From NCBI GenBank assembly GCA_053919585.1, contig CM132788.1: 64,000 bases of DNA; one strand, 5' to 3'. The translations under genes and the position numbers were made by a program. This document shows, piece after piece, positions 54,140 to 64,000 of this stretch. This stretch comes from Euprymna scolopes (taxonomy: Eukaryota). The notes under the pieces were generated by a model, which was not told where the DNA came from, ran no database searches, and was given only the letters and a program-made list of their open reading frames with translations. Within the stretch, counting starts at the first letter, position 1; each line of letters begins with the position of its first letter.

Positions 54140-54520
54140 ATCCCTGGAAATGTCACTTCTGATTATTTGTAACAGGAAATTATTTTTCAGCGACTAGATA
54201 ATGTACCAAAGTCACAAAAATGCCCCGAAACATCACATCTTTATATTACAAAACTGCAGTTTTGACTAATTGTAAGAAAATAATTGTTTTTCAAATACTT
54301 TATTTAAGGTAAAAAGCTTTTAACATTAGGAAAAGGCCATGGAAATGCTATTCTGATTAGTTGTACGAAAATGTTTATGTTTTTTACCTAAGTTCCTTAA
54401 TGTAACACAGCCTTATCATTAAAAAATATCCTTAAAAAATCTCTTCTGATTAATTCTAATAAAAATGTTTTTTTACTACTTCATTTAAGGTAACAAGTTT
54501 TTTACATTCCAAAACATAAA
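54140..54520. repeat. Degenerate ~90-bp tandem repeat (about 4 units)
   Basis: Recurring ggaaatg..ttctgatta.ttgtaa..tactt.atttaaggtaa.aag.tttt.acatt. Confidence 0.55.
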
Positions 54521-55384
54521 TCACATAAAAAATGCAATACAATCTGCATAGACTTGACTCAAATTAAAACTTCATATGGAAATATTTTCCAATACTATTA
54601 TTCAATGATTGTTTATGCATACTTTAAAAAAAGTATGTGCCCATTGAGTTTTTAAAAATATTTTTTTACATTTACTGCGATCCCGATGCTTTTGCCGAAT
54701 ACGTTTCCCACTAACGCGATTTCAAACAATTTCACTCTCAAAAGTATCTTCTTACGTACAAGCCGTATACTCGGTGAGGATTTAATAATATACGAACTTG
54801 CACTTCAATAAACCTGATAATTTCATTTTTAATCTTACTTTTAAATACGTACTGCTATCAATTTTAAGTATATATAACGTAGCGTGTCTGTTTCAACTTA
54901 ATATTTTTGACGTAATGTATACATCCTTGTAATAAAGGAATAGCATTGTATATCAAATATATAACCTGTCATTAGTAGACAGCAGGAATTTCATGCGAAT
55001 ACTGATATCTTCTTATTTTATTTACTCTATATTTATTCATTACTTACGTGATAAATAAAATTCATTTCTATTAGTGTATAAATAATCAATCGTAAATATA
55101 TATATATATATACANNNNNNNNNNNNNNNNNNNNNNNNNNNNNNNNNNNNNNNNNNNNNNNNNNNNNNNNNNNNNNNNNNNNNNNNNNNNNNNNNNNNNN
55201 NNNNNNNNNNNNNNNNNNNNNNNNNNNNNNNNNNNNNNNNNNNNNNNNNNNNNNNNNNNNNTTCGTATTCCTTACTAATTTTTGGCTATTCCTGATGAAT
55301 TCCCATGCACACATATACTCCATTGCTGGTTTTCAAGCATATTTTATTTCATTACCTGCCATGAATTTAATATTTTTTAGTATC

Positions 55385-55610
55385 GTAAATAGTACGGCAC
55401 AATTCCGTCAGAATTTAAGAAGTTGAGCTAAGGCAGTAGCGAATGGGTGACGTTTAGGAAGGCTAGGCACTGCATGTTACTTCTGTGAATGGTTGGGCAT
55501 GGTGCAAGAACCCTAACTCTGAAAAAAGAACTCCTCACTACTATACCATCTACAAATCTGTGTATTGCCTAAAACACCTGAGGGGCTCAAGACTATGGAT
55601 GGATGGATCG
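55385..55610 (+). mobile_element. 5S rRNA-derived SINE (SINE3-like) remnant
   Basis: gaatttaagaagttgagctaaggcagtagcgaatgggtgacgtttaggaa..gcactgca aligns with the 5S A box / IE / C box region. It is followed by a non-5S body and a (GGAT)n tail. Confidence 0.5.
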
Positions 55611-56241
55611 TAAATGGATCACAACTTACTACAATTCGTTAAAACAAAAATTCAGGTTAGCTGTTTTGTGAACATTGCATTTTGTTGATATTTTCCTGTG
55701 GTATAAATACCTCTCCTGACAAACAATCGATTACGGTATAACTACTGTGGCTTGTAGTAATGAGTACAGTAATTTACCTAATTACATTATCGTGCTATTT
55801 TATTTCTTTGCTTCTGATTTTTTGTAATATTTTTTAAATAAAATAAATAAAAGAAGATAATCAAAAGTTCGACATCAAAAGAGAAAACAATGATGATTAA
55901 ATTATAATTTTCCTTACACAGAAAATATCCTCAAACAATTAGTAACTTCCATCTGAAACTTCAGTTTTTTCTTTTAAAAAAAAAAACGAAGCAAAATCAA
56001 ACATTCGTACGAACACATAAAGCATGTTTTAAATAACGTATGTTTTTGCTTTCCTCCTCTCGCTTAATCTATCTATCCATATCTATCTATATATCTATCT
56101 ATCTATCTATCTATATATATATTATTTTATATATACATATGTATCTCTCTACTTACCCATTATATATATATATATATATATATATGTTTACATAACGTTT
56201 TAGGATTAGACAAGTCATTGGTACCGTCGGTTTCAAATACC

Positions 56242-56312
56242 TTGGCTGACAAGAGCTTGATATGGGTATCAAAACCGGTCTTAATTATCGGGTTTGAAAC
56301 CGACGGTACCAA
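56242..56312 (+). ncRNA. Type I hammerhead ribozyme motif with one core substitution (CTGACAA)
   Basis: TTGG-CTGACAA-GAGCTTGAT..ATCGGGTTT-GAAA-CCGACGG-TA-CCAA. Same family as 61525-61600. Confidence 0.7.
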
Positions 56313-56427
56313 TGACATATCTCATCTTAAAACTTTATTTGAACAAAAGCATGTACATAAATACGCTCTAATTCGGATGTTCCTCATAATTGAGCATTCT
56401 ACTTGATTTCTTTTTCCAAAAAGACAA

Positions 56428-56493
<66 letters not shown>

Positions 56494-56519
56494 AAAATGT
56501 TGCTGACTCCTAGTGGGGA

Positions 56520-56860
56520 TAGATATTTATTTCCTATGCACCGCAGCAAAATATGGCACAAGGCCGGAAGGTAAAGGACAGGCGAGTTCCCCTAAAGAAA
56601 CGACACTCTTGCCTCAACAAATATTGCCTGGGCACCCCTGTCGGCATTCCCCGGTAGGGGCGCCTCAGGCGACAAGCAATTAACTTGCCCCACCGGAAAG
56701 CCCGGTGGAAAGGCCTGGGAGGGTGGACCTCCTAGGTAGTATTCAAGCGGTGTACCTCAGTCCGACAGGTGCTGGGCCGGTTCCCGCCCCTTACCTGTCG
56801 GGCTGAGTGTAAAGAACGTATCTCTGACGAGTACTTCAATCCTGTCTCCCTGCAGACGAA
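56520..56860. other. GC-rich multi-hairpin non-coding element (SINE body or structured RNA)
   Basis: Consecutive stems at 56581-56613, 56626-56670, 56690-56708, 56714-56736 and 56756-56807. Confidence 0.65.
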
Positions 56861-56862
56861 CT

Positions 56863-59800
56863 TGTGGGGGTATGTCCAAAGTTACTATAAAAATTGTCGA
56901 ATTTTGGGTTCAATCAGTTCGCCGTTAACTACGTCACGGACCGTATTTGATTCTTGGACGCCACCTTGGTTACTGCCAATTACACTCTGATCTGAACTAC
57001 GCCAACATCTTGGTCTAACATAATGTCCCAACAGTTAACAGGTTATGCGCCCATCCATCGTCTTTTCTTTGACGGATCGGAATCTAAATTCGAATTGTGG
57101 CAAGTAAAATTTCTGGGATATCTAAGGATTCGAAAACTACAGAAAGTGATACAATCTCCAACAGAGAATCCCAACGACCCCAAATTTCTCGAAAAGAACG
57201 CGACTGTTTTTGCAGAACTGATTCAATGCTTAGACGATAGAAGTATGTATCTGATCCTAAGAGATTCATTTGATGACGGACGGAAAGCATTGAACATATT
57301 AAGAGAACATTATCTATCAAATAGGAAAGCGAAAATTATATCCCTATATACAGAACTAACGTATCTCAAACTTAACGAGGATGAAACTATTACCGACTAC
57401 GTTAAAAGGACAGAAACAAGCGCCAATGCCTAAAACTCTCAGGTGAAATAATAAGCGAAAGCTTGTTGATGGCTCTCAAAGAACTTCCAGCCGATTTTAA
57501 CCATTTACAACTGTTATAACGCAAAAAGACAAACCTATAAATTTCAATGAATTTCAAGTGGCATTGCGCAGTTAGGAAGAGACTAATCATATGCTCGTGG
57601 ACAATAATAACTCCAGCAATATTATGAAGTTCAAAAATGCTTCTCGAAAACAGACACCACCAAATTACGCAGCTCATCGCAACGTGTTCTCCCTTCCAAA
57701 ATGGCACCACTGAAAGGGCATGGAGAACCCTTTTTGAGACGACAAGACGTCTACTTATCGAATCGAAATTAGAGCATTGTTTATGGACGTATCCTTTAAT
57801 GGCAGCAGCATATATTAGAAATAGATCTTTCAATACAAGATGAGGAAAAACGCCGTATGAAGCGTTTTGCAGTGTAAAACCCAAAATGAACCGAATGCAT
57901 ATATTCGGTTCAGATTGTTTTGCATTTATAGAAAATACCAGTTAACTAAATACTACACGCGAAAATGTATTTTCGCAGGGTACGACGAAAACAGTACAGT
58001 ACATTTAAACTACTGTCGAGCCCAAAATGCCATGAAAAGGGTTTGATGTGTAAAATTCAATGATACATCAAATTTAAAAAATGGGGATCCAGTGGATGAA
58101 GAACGTGAAATATTACCTAGCATCTTAATCGATCACAATGAAAATATTAATAAAGACAATTACAAAACTACTGACGAAAATATTAACCAGACACGTCGAT
58201 ACCCAATAATGGAGCAAAAAAGGGCAGACTTCTTACAAAATGATAAGATACAAGACTACGCAGTCGATTACTGTTACTCGTTGAACAGCGCACCGGAAAG
58301 TTATAATGAGGCGATTAATTTAGAAAATCACCAAGAATGGGAACAAGCTATGATATCCGAATTGAAAACTTTATCTGAAAATACCACACACGAAATAATG
58401 GCAAAACTAACAGATAAAAATATAATTTCTTCACGCCGTGTTTTTTTTTTCCAAAAAAATCACAGCCTCTGGCAGTGAAACTTTTAAAGCAAGATTTGTA
58501 GAAAAAGGTTTTCCAAAAATGTCTGGAGTGGGATATTTTGCAATATTTTCACCAACGAAAAATGTAAGGACAACTAGAATGCTATTAAAACTTGCCACTC
58601 AATACATTTAAAAATGCATCAAATGGATGCAAAAATGCTTATTTAAATGCTCCGATTGTCTGTGAAATGTATATTTACCCTCCAGAAGGATTTAAAATGA
58701 AAAATAAAAACTGTGTGTGGAAACTGAATAAATCCTTATATGGACTAAAAAAAAGTGCACACAATTGGAATTTAACACTCCATAATTATTTAATAGAACA
58801 TCAATTCAAGTAATGTCCCGTAGACGCGTGCATGTGTTCCAAAATGTAGGTAATAAATTGTTGATTTTGGTTTTTGGGTTGACGATATATTATTCGCCTC
58901 AAACTGAGACAACACTTTAAAAGATGTTAAAAATCAATTAATAAAAAAAATTAAAATGGCCGATCTTGGACGACTGCCATGGTTCCTCGGTATAAAATTT
59001 ACCTGTGAAAATGAAACTATAACTCTGAACAAATCACGACATATTGAAACAATGCTGCTCAAGTTCGGAATGTAAGATTGCGAACTGTGTAAAACTCCCG
59101 TCGAAATGGACATAAATTTAAAATATATAAGTAGAAGGCCAGACCAAAAGCTACGAAAATTCTCTCACTTGTGCATTGTGAGCTAGCAGGTCCGATCAGC
59201 CCGATGGGGAGAAATAATCCAAGACCCCCCCCCCCAAAAAAAAAGCATGGAGGATCGAAATCACAATAAAAATAAAAAAAAAACAAACAATTGTAAATTG
59301 TCCCGGGCGCGACGTTAACTGCGACCATTTCTATCTTACAAACCAAATTAACCAACTAGTACCTAGCATAATGTTTCCAGTTTTTGTTAAAAACAAAAAA
59401 GTCACTTTGTAAATTTCCTTTTTGTCAAATAATTTTTGTATCATTTTTTTGGCAAACACTTATTAAAAAAACGTATTTTTGTGAATGTTTGTGCATATGT
59501 TTTATGTATTTGGAAAGTATTCTATTTGTATGTTTATATATATTTGAAACATATTTATTTTTATATGTATCAAAATAAAAACTCAATATGATTTACAAAA
59601 AATGGCTTTTTGCACACACTATACCAATAAATTCACAATTCCGTTTGACCAATGAGAATAAAGACAAATTCCCCCGAAACAAAGAAGAAACAAAACAAAA
59701 AACAATAATTTTATTCGTTTATTCATATTTGTTCATTTATTGGTTTATTTTATTTTAATTATTTATTTCTTTTATTTTCCTTTCCTTTTCTCAAGTCAAA

Positions 59801-60119
59801 CAAAAAATTGTACCCGAAAGGATTTTCCATTATATCAAAACAGGGGGTGTGTAAACTTTTTTTGACTCCTACTTGGGGGTATGTGACCAATGAATTCGCC
59901 TATTGTTTTTGTAACCACCGGCTGTGCTAACCAATCAATGAAAACCTTCCAAAGTTACTATAAAAATTGTCGAATTTTGGATTCAATCAGTTCGCCATTA
60001 ACGACGTCACGGACCGCACTTGATTCTTGGCCGTCATCTTGGTTACTGCCAATTACACTCAAGATCTGGTCTGAACTATGCCGCCATCTTTGTTCAAAAT
60101 AATTTCTTAACACTTAACA
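56863..60119 (+). mobile_element. Ty1/Copia LTR retrotransposon, decayed and internally deleted, with an unrelated insert at ~59130-59873
   Basis: LTRs at 56863-57040 and 59874-60119. PBS GGTTATGCGCCCA (copia half-tRNAiMet type) at 57041. gag RLFFDGSESKFELWQVKFLGYL; integrase SPFQNGTTERAWRTL..AAAYIRNR; RT KNAYLNA..VWKLNKSLYGLK, WVDDI. Confidence 0.93.
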
Positions 60120-60254
60120 CACACACACACACATACACACACACACACATATATATATATACATATATATAATTTTTCTAACTAATATATATGCTTCTTC
60201 CCATGTGGGGGTAACAATTGGTAAATGGGAAAATTATGCCGAACTCGCATTTAG

Positions 60255-60466
60255 GTACAAAGGCGCGAAAATGAGAATTAACAGTAAAGGCGAACAGTTA
60301 AAATATATAGAGTCGATGAAAGTCGAGTAAAAATATAGGTCGATTAAAAGTTCGAGTATTGAAATCAGCACTTTTAATCGACCTATATTTTTACTCGACT
60401 TTCATCGACTCTATATATTTTAACTGATCGCCTTTACTGTTAATTCTCATTTTCGCGCCTTTGCAC
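60255..60466. repeat. Near-perfect fold-back: 97-bp arms (60255-60351 / 60370-60466), 18-bp spacer
   Basis: Direct reverse-complement match with two mismatches. Confidence 0.95.
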
Positions 60467-60599
60467 TTTTACTTCAACACCTGATGATGATTCGTGGACG
60501 AATAGTAAGCGCTCATGACAACAACAACTATGGAACTTTTATTGGACGTCGTTAACAAAGTCCGCGCAAACCGAACTACGCAAGACGTTACTGAATTTC

Positions 60600-60930
60600 C
60601 CGAATGCGATATCATTTATAGTGGGTTGAAGCGTTCTTATATATGTTGCTGCAAGAATTTAAAGTATGTTTCGTATTATTTTGATGTTGTATAAATTTTA
60701 TGTCGTCAACAAGGACCTTTCTATTATTGGAGAGGGGACAGGTATGTTCTTTTATCAAATGCTTAAATATAGTGCAAGTATTATTTAGATCCATAGTAAG
60801 TCGCCGGGACAATCTAAATATATCTAGTGCTATGCTATATGAGTGTTATGTTATGATCGTTCACGTTATATAAGCTGTGAGTATATGTATACATAGGCTA
60901 TGAATTTGACTTTTACGTTAGAAAATCTCT
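60600..60930 (-). mobile_element. Penelope-like GIY-YIG endonuclease C-terminal fragment
   Basis: LSRRLTMDL..TIFKHLIKEHTCP.SNNRKVLVDDIKFI.HQNN matches the L..RL..H..SI..H..H pattern. Adjacent to a fold-back and an HHR-like motif. Confidence 0.7.
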
Positions 60931-61014
60931 AGGTATGGGGCAACCATCTTGCCAGGTTTCGACATGATCCGTCCATTGATGTAGGCTGTAAGAGAGGACA
61001 CACACACACACACG

Positions 61015-61077
<63 letters not shown>

Positions 61078-61190
61078 CTACCTAATTTACTCACATAAAA
61101 TTAATATACGAAATTATAGATTTATGCGTAACCTTTAAGTATTTACTTCAAAAATGCTCAATACGTGGGTATAGCTAGTTAGTACTTTAC

Positions 61191-61327
61191 AAAATATATA
61201 TGTCGATTAAGCTACACTGAATATTCCGCAATTCATCCACTCTAGGACTCTTCAGGCTTACCTGAAGAGTCCTAGAGTGGATGAATTGCGGAATATTCAG
61301 TTGTAGCTTAATCGACATATATATTTT
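61191..61327. repeat. Near-perfect fold-back: ~66-bp arms, 4-nt loop
   Basis: 61191-61256 is the reverse complement of 61261-61327, with one indel. Confidence 0.95.
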
Positions 61328-61336
61328 ATAAATTAC

Positions 61337-61400
<64 letters not shown>

Positions 61401-61524
61401 CTTGTATTGTTTTGTAGAAAAAGAAATCCCATACAGTGCTCTATTATTAGGGAAAAAACCTTTCTCGAAATAAGAGCAATATATTTCTTGTATAATATAT
61501 ACAGGACTTTACATTTATATCGGT

Positions 61525-61600
61525 AGTCGGTACCGACGGTTTCAAGCCCGGTAGTTGAGGACTGCTCTTAATGTCCGCCTCAGGCTCTCTTCAGCCGACT
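61525..61600 (-). ncRNA. Type I hammerhead ribozyme, intact core
   Basis: AGTCGG-CTGAAGA-GAGCCTG..CGGGCTT-GAAA-CCGTCGG-TA-CCGACT. All three stems pair; the cleavage triplet is GUA. Confidence 0.88.
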
Positions 61601-61809
61601 CTCACCTGTCTTTAACCGGAACTGAAACTCTATATATGCCCACCATAATTTTTATTTATTCATTTATTTATTTTATCCTTTATTTTTTTTATTTTTTTTA
61701 TTTATTTGTATGCTACTTTAATAAGGTAATACATTAGAAGCAATAAATTAAAAAGTGTGGGATGATGCCTTCTATATTATTATTTGTCTTTAAGCATCCC
61801 CCCTATCAT

Positions 61810-62290
61810 TCAGTTTAAGTCTCGTTTAAAAGCGTTTTAAAAGTTCATTTTGAAGCTATGTCTAATCTCGTTTAAAAATAGGGTAATAAAATTTACATTG
61901 AAATAGACCTAGAAAGTGGCCAGGGGATGGTAAATACTAATATTTAAGTATCGCTTAAGATTTATTTTAAATAAATCTCTAGTTTCGTTTTAATTACGGT
62001 AATAATATTTAGTCAAATAGACTTAAAATGTGTAAAAATATGGCATATGTTTATATTTAAGTATCGTTTCACGTTTAAAATTATTTAAAACGTTATTTTA
62101 AAATTATATGTAATTTCGTTTTAAAAACGGTAATAAATCTTAGATTGAAATAGGTCTAAACGGTGTCAAAATTTGCGTTTTTATATTTAAGTATAGTCTC
62201 ACTCTATTTAAAAACACGTTTTAAAACATTTAAAGTTTTAAACTTAAAAATTCTCTCTAGATCTCGTTTAAAATGGGTGATAAGATATAC
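61810..62290. repeat. Degenerate ~120-145 bp tandem repeat (3-4 units)
   Basis: Recurring tcgttt(t)aaaa..ggtaataa..aaatagac.ta..atatttaagtat at ~61861, 61978, 62110 and 62258. Confidence 0.7.
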
Positions 62291-62593
62291 AACAATATAA
62301 AATAAAATATTTTGACATGTGTCTATAACTAAACCCTTTTTTTATCTTCGCGTTTTATCTGTTTTTCTATCCCAATTTATAAGAAGCGATTCTCTTCTAT
62401 GTATACAGTCCTTCAAGCATTCGTTTCTTACATTTAAGCATCCATCTTCTTGGGTTGCTTTTAAAATATAATATTTTTCGGCATTGGAGAGCGGGCATTG
62501 TTTTAGCTCTGGTGAGTATGAAGGTTTTTACTCGATCTTTTTCCATTTCACCGTAAAAGGTGCACCTTCTTCTTTTAACTGCCAGATCTTATA

Positions 62594-62657
<64 letters not shown>

Positions 62658-62882
62658 CATATATACATATATATATGTATATAAGAACAAGTAGTTAATG
62701 AAACATGTAAAAAACACTTTGAAAAGGAGTTAAAAATATTTTAAAGAGGAAGCAGAATATAAGTGGATAGTCCTTAATCCGCAGAGTTTCGAAGAAATAC
62801 TTTCTTTCGAATCTTAGGGTAAGATTTAAAAAAATATGGAATAGGATTTTGCTTGCAAAAGTATTTGATGAGACTACAAGTA

Positions 62883-62931
<49 letters not shown>

Positions 62932-62932
<1 letters not shown>

Positions 62933-63878
62933 TAGCATTTTAGCCCGGCATTGCCTCAGTATTTGGACGTGTATCTTGAGCAAAAAAAAAGGGGGTAATA
63001 GGAAGGCAGGCTCGAACCCGTACCGCGAAGGTTGAAATGAACGGGGGGAAAACATGGCGTCTTTACGGTTACGACCACCGCCAAATCTGAAGTGACTCAT
63101 GTTTAAATTAAGGCTAGAAAATCGAAAGGAGAGGTAACTTTCAAAAATATCGGCAAAAAAGCGACCCTCCTGCAGAAAAAAATGCCAAGTTGAAGGTGAA
63201 GATATTAATTTTTTTAGCCAATTTTTGCTATTTGTAGTCTAAAATGTCGAACTTCAAAACGATACTGACCTTGGTAAATCCGTCGACGTTGTCGAGAGTT
63301 TAAGGACTACATGCCAACAAACTTACATGCACACATTTATATATGGGTAACTGATAATTTTTGACTTAACCCAATGATAAAGCTTGCCCTATCTCTGAAT
63401 ACCCTTTATGCAAAATTTCAAATGTTTAAACTAGAAATTGTTTGAGTAATTTGGTAGAGACCGAAGAGGTCAATTTTTTTTAAATCTGACCCCTATTATG
63501 ACCCCTTAAAATTCATTGTTTTGTTCTCAAATCAAGTTATTAAGTTAGATACATGTCCAAGAGACTTATGTCTAAATTTTGAAGTCCTTTGACCCAAAAT
63601 TCTCGTAGGAGTTTGGTAGAGTTCTCAAATGTCGCATCGTTGAATTTTGACCCCTTAACAGCCAAATTTTAGGCTGAAAACCGATGACAAAGATTGTCCC
63701 AAATGTCAATACCCTGTATATCAAATTTCGAGTCTGTAGACTTAAAATTTACAAAGTTTTTGCGTAGGGAAATGTACACACATACACAGACCCACAGACT
63801 CACAGACCCGTTCATTTATATATATATATATATATATATATATCTATATATATATATATATATATATATAAACAGAGA
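62932..63878 (-). mobile_element. Non-autonomous Helitron-like element
   Basis: The minus-strand 3' end has a GC-rich GGCAATGCCGGG hairpin remnant, then CTAG|T at 62932-62935. The other end has acagac repeats and (TA)n then TC, typical of non-autonomous Helitrons. Confidence 0.6.
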
Positions 63879-64000
63879 TGTGTGTGCCACAGACGATTTC
63901 TGATTGGTTAATCCAATAATCACATCTCCTAAAAAACTATGGTTCGTAGGCTCTTAACTTTACCATAAAATATTATGGCTTTATTTATTGTCCATCTTGG

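Noticed and set aside
56820-56862. CTGACGAG..GACGAAC as another hammerhead
   Set aside because: No GAAA and no convincing stems; truncated by the Copia LTR.

Overview
This is AT-rich eukaryotic DNA, most likely from an invertebrate animal, from a gapped scaffold (6 N-runs). It is dense in (TA)n, (CA)n, (TAG)n and (AAT)n microsatellites and consists almost entirely of decayed transposable elements. No intact protein-coding gene is evident. Recognisable remnants: Penelope-like retroelements (RT + GIY-YIG), three Ty3/Gypsy pieces (two with LTR pairs), a BEL/Pao element with LTRs, a Copia element with LTRs and PBS plus an isolated third LTR, CR1/L2- and RTE-type LINE pieces, a Helitron PIF1-helicase remnant with intact 3' hairpin-CTAG end, a non-autonomous Helitron, mariner and Tc1 transposase remnants, and SINE-like elements. 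Most interesting signals: (1) several minimal type I hammerhead ribozyme motifs in short non-coding elements, one between tRNA-like A and B boxes and one family with stem covariation between two copies, often beside long fold-back inverted repeats; (2) a PHD finger plus RGRP AT-hook-like motif behind the BEL/Pao integrase; (3) U2 snRNA 5' fragments interleaved with a retroelement tail; (4) a GC-rich five-hairpin element; (5) a decayed 51-bp (17-aa) coding-type tandem repeat; (6) weak candidate host micro-exons. All family assignments are from motif recognition by eye, not database searches.
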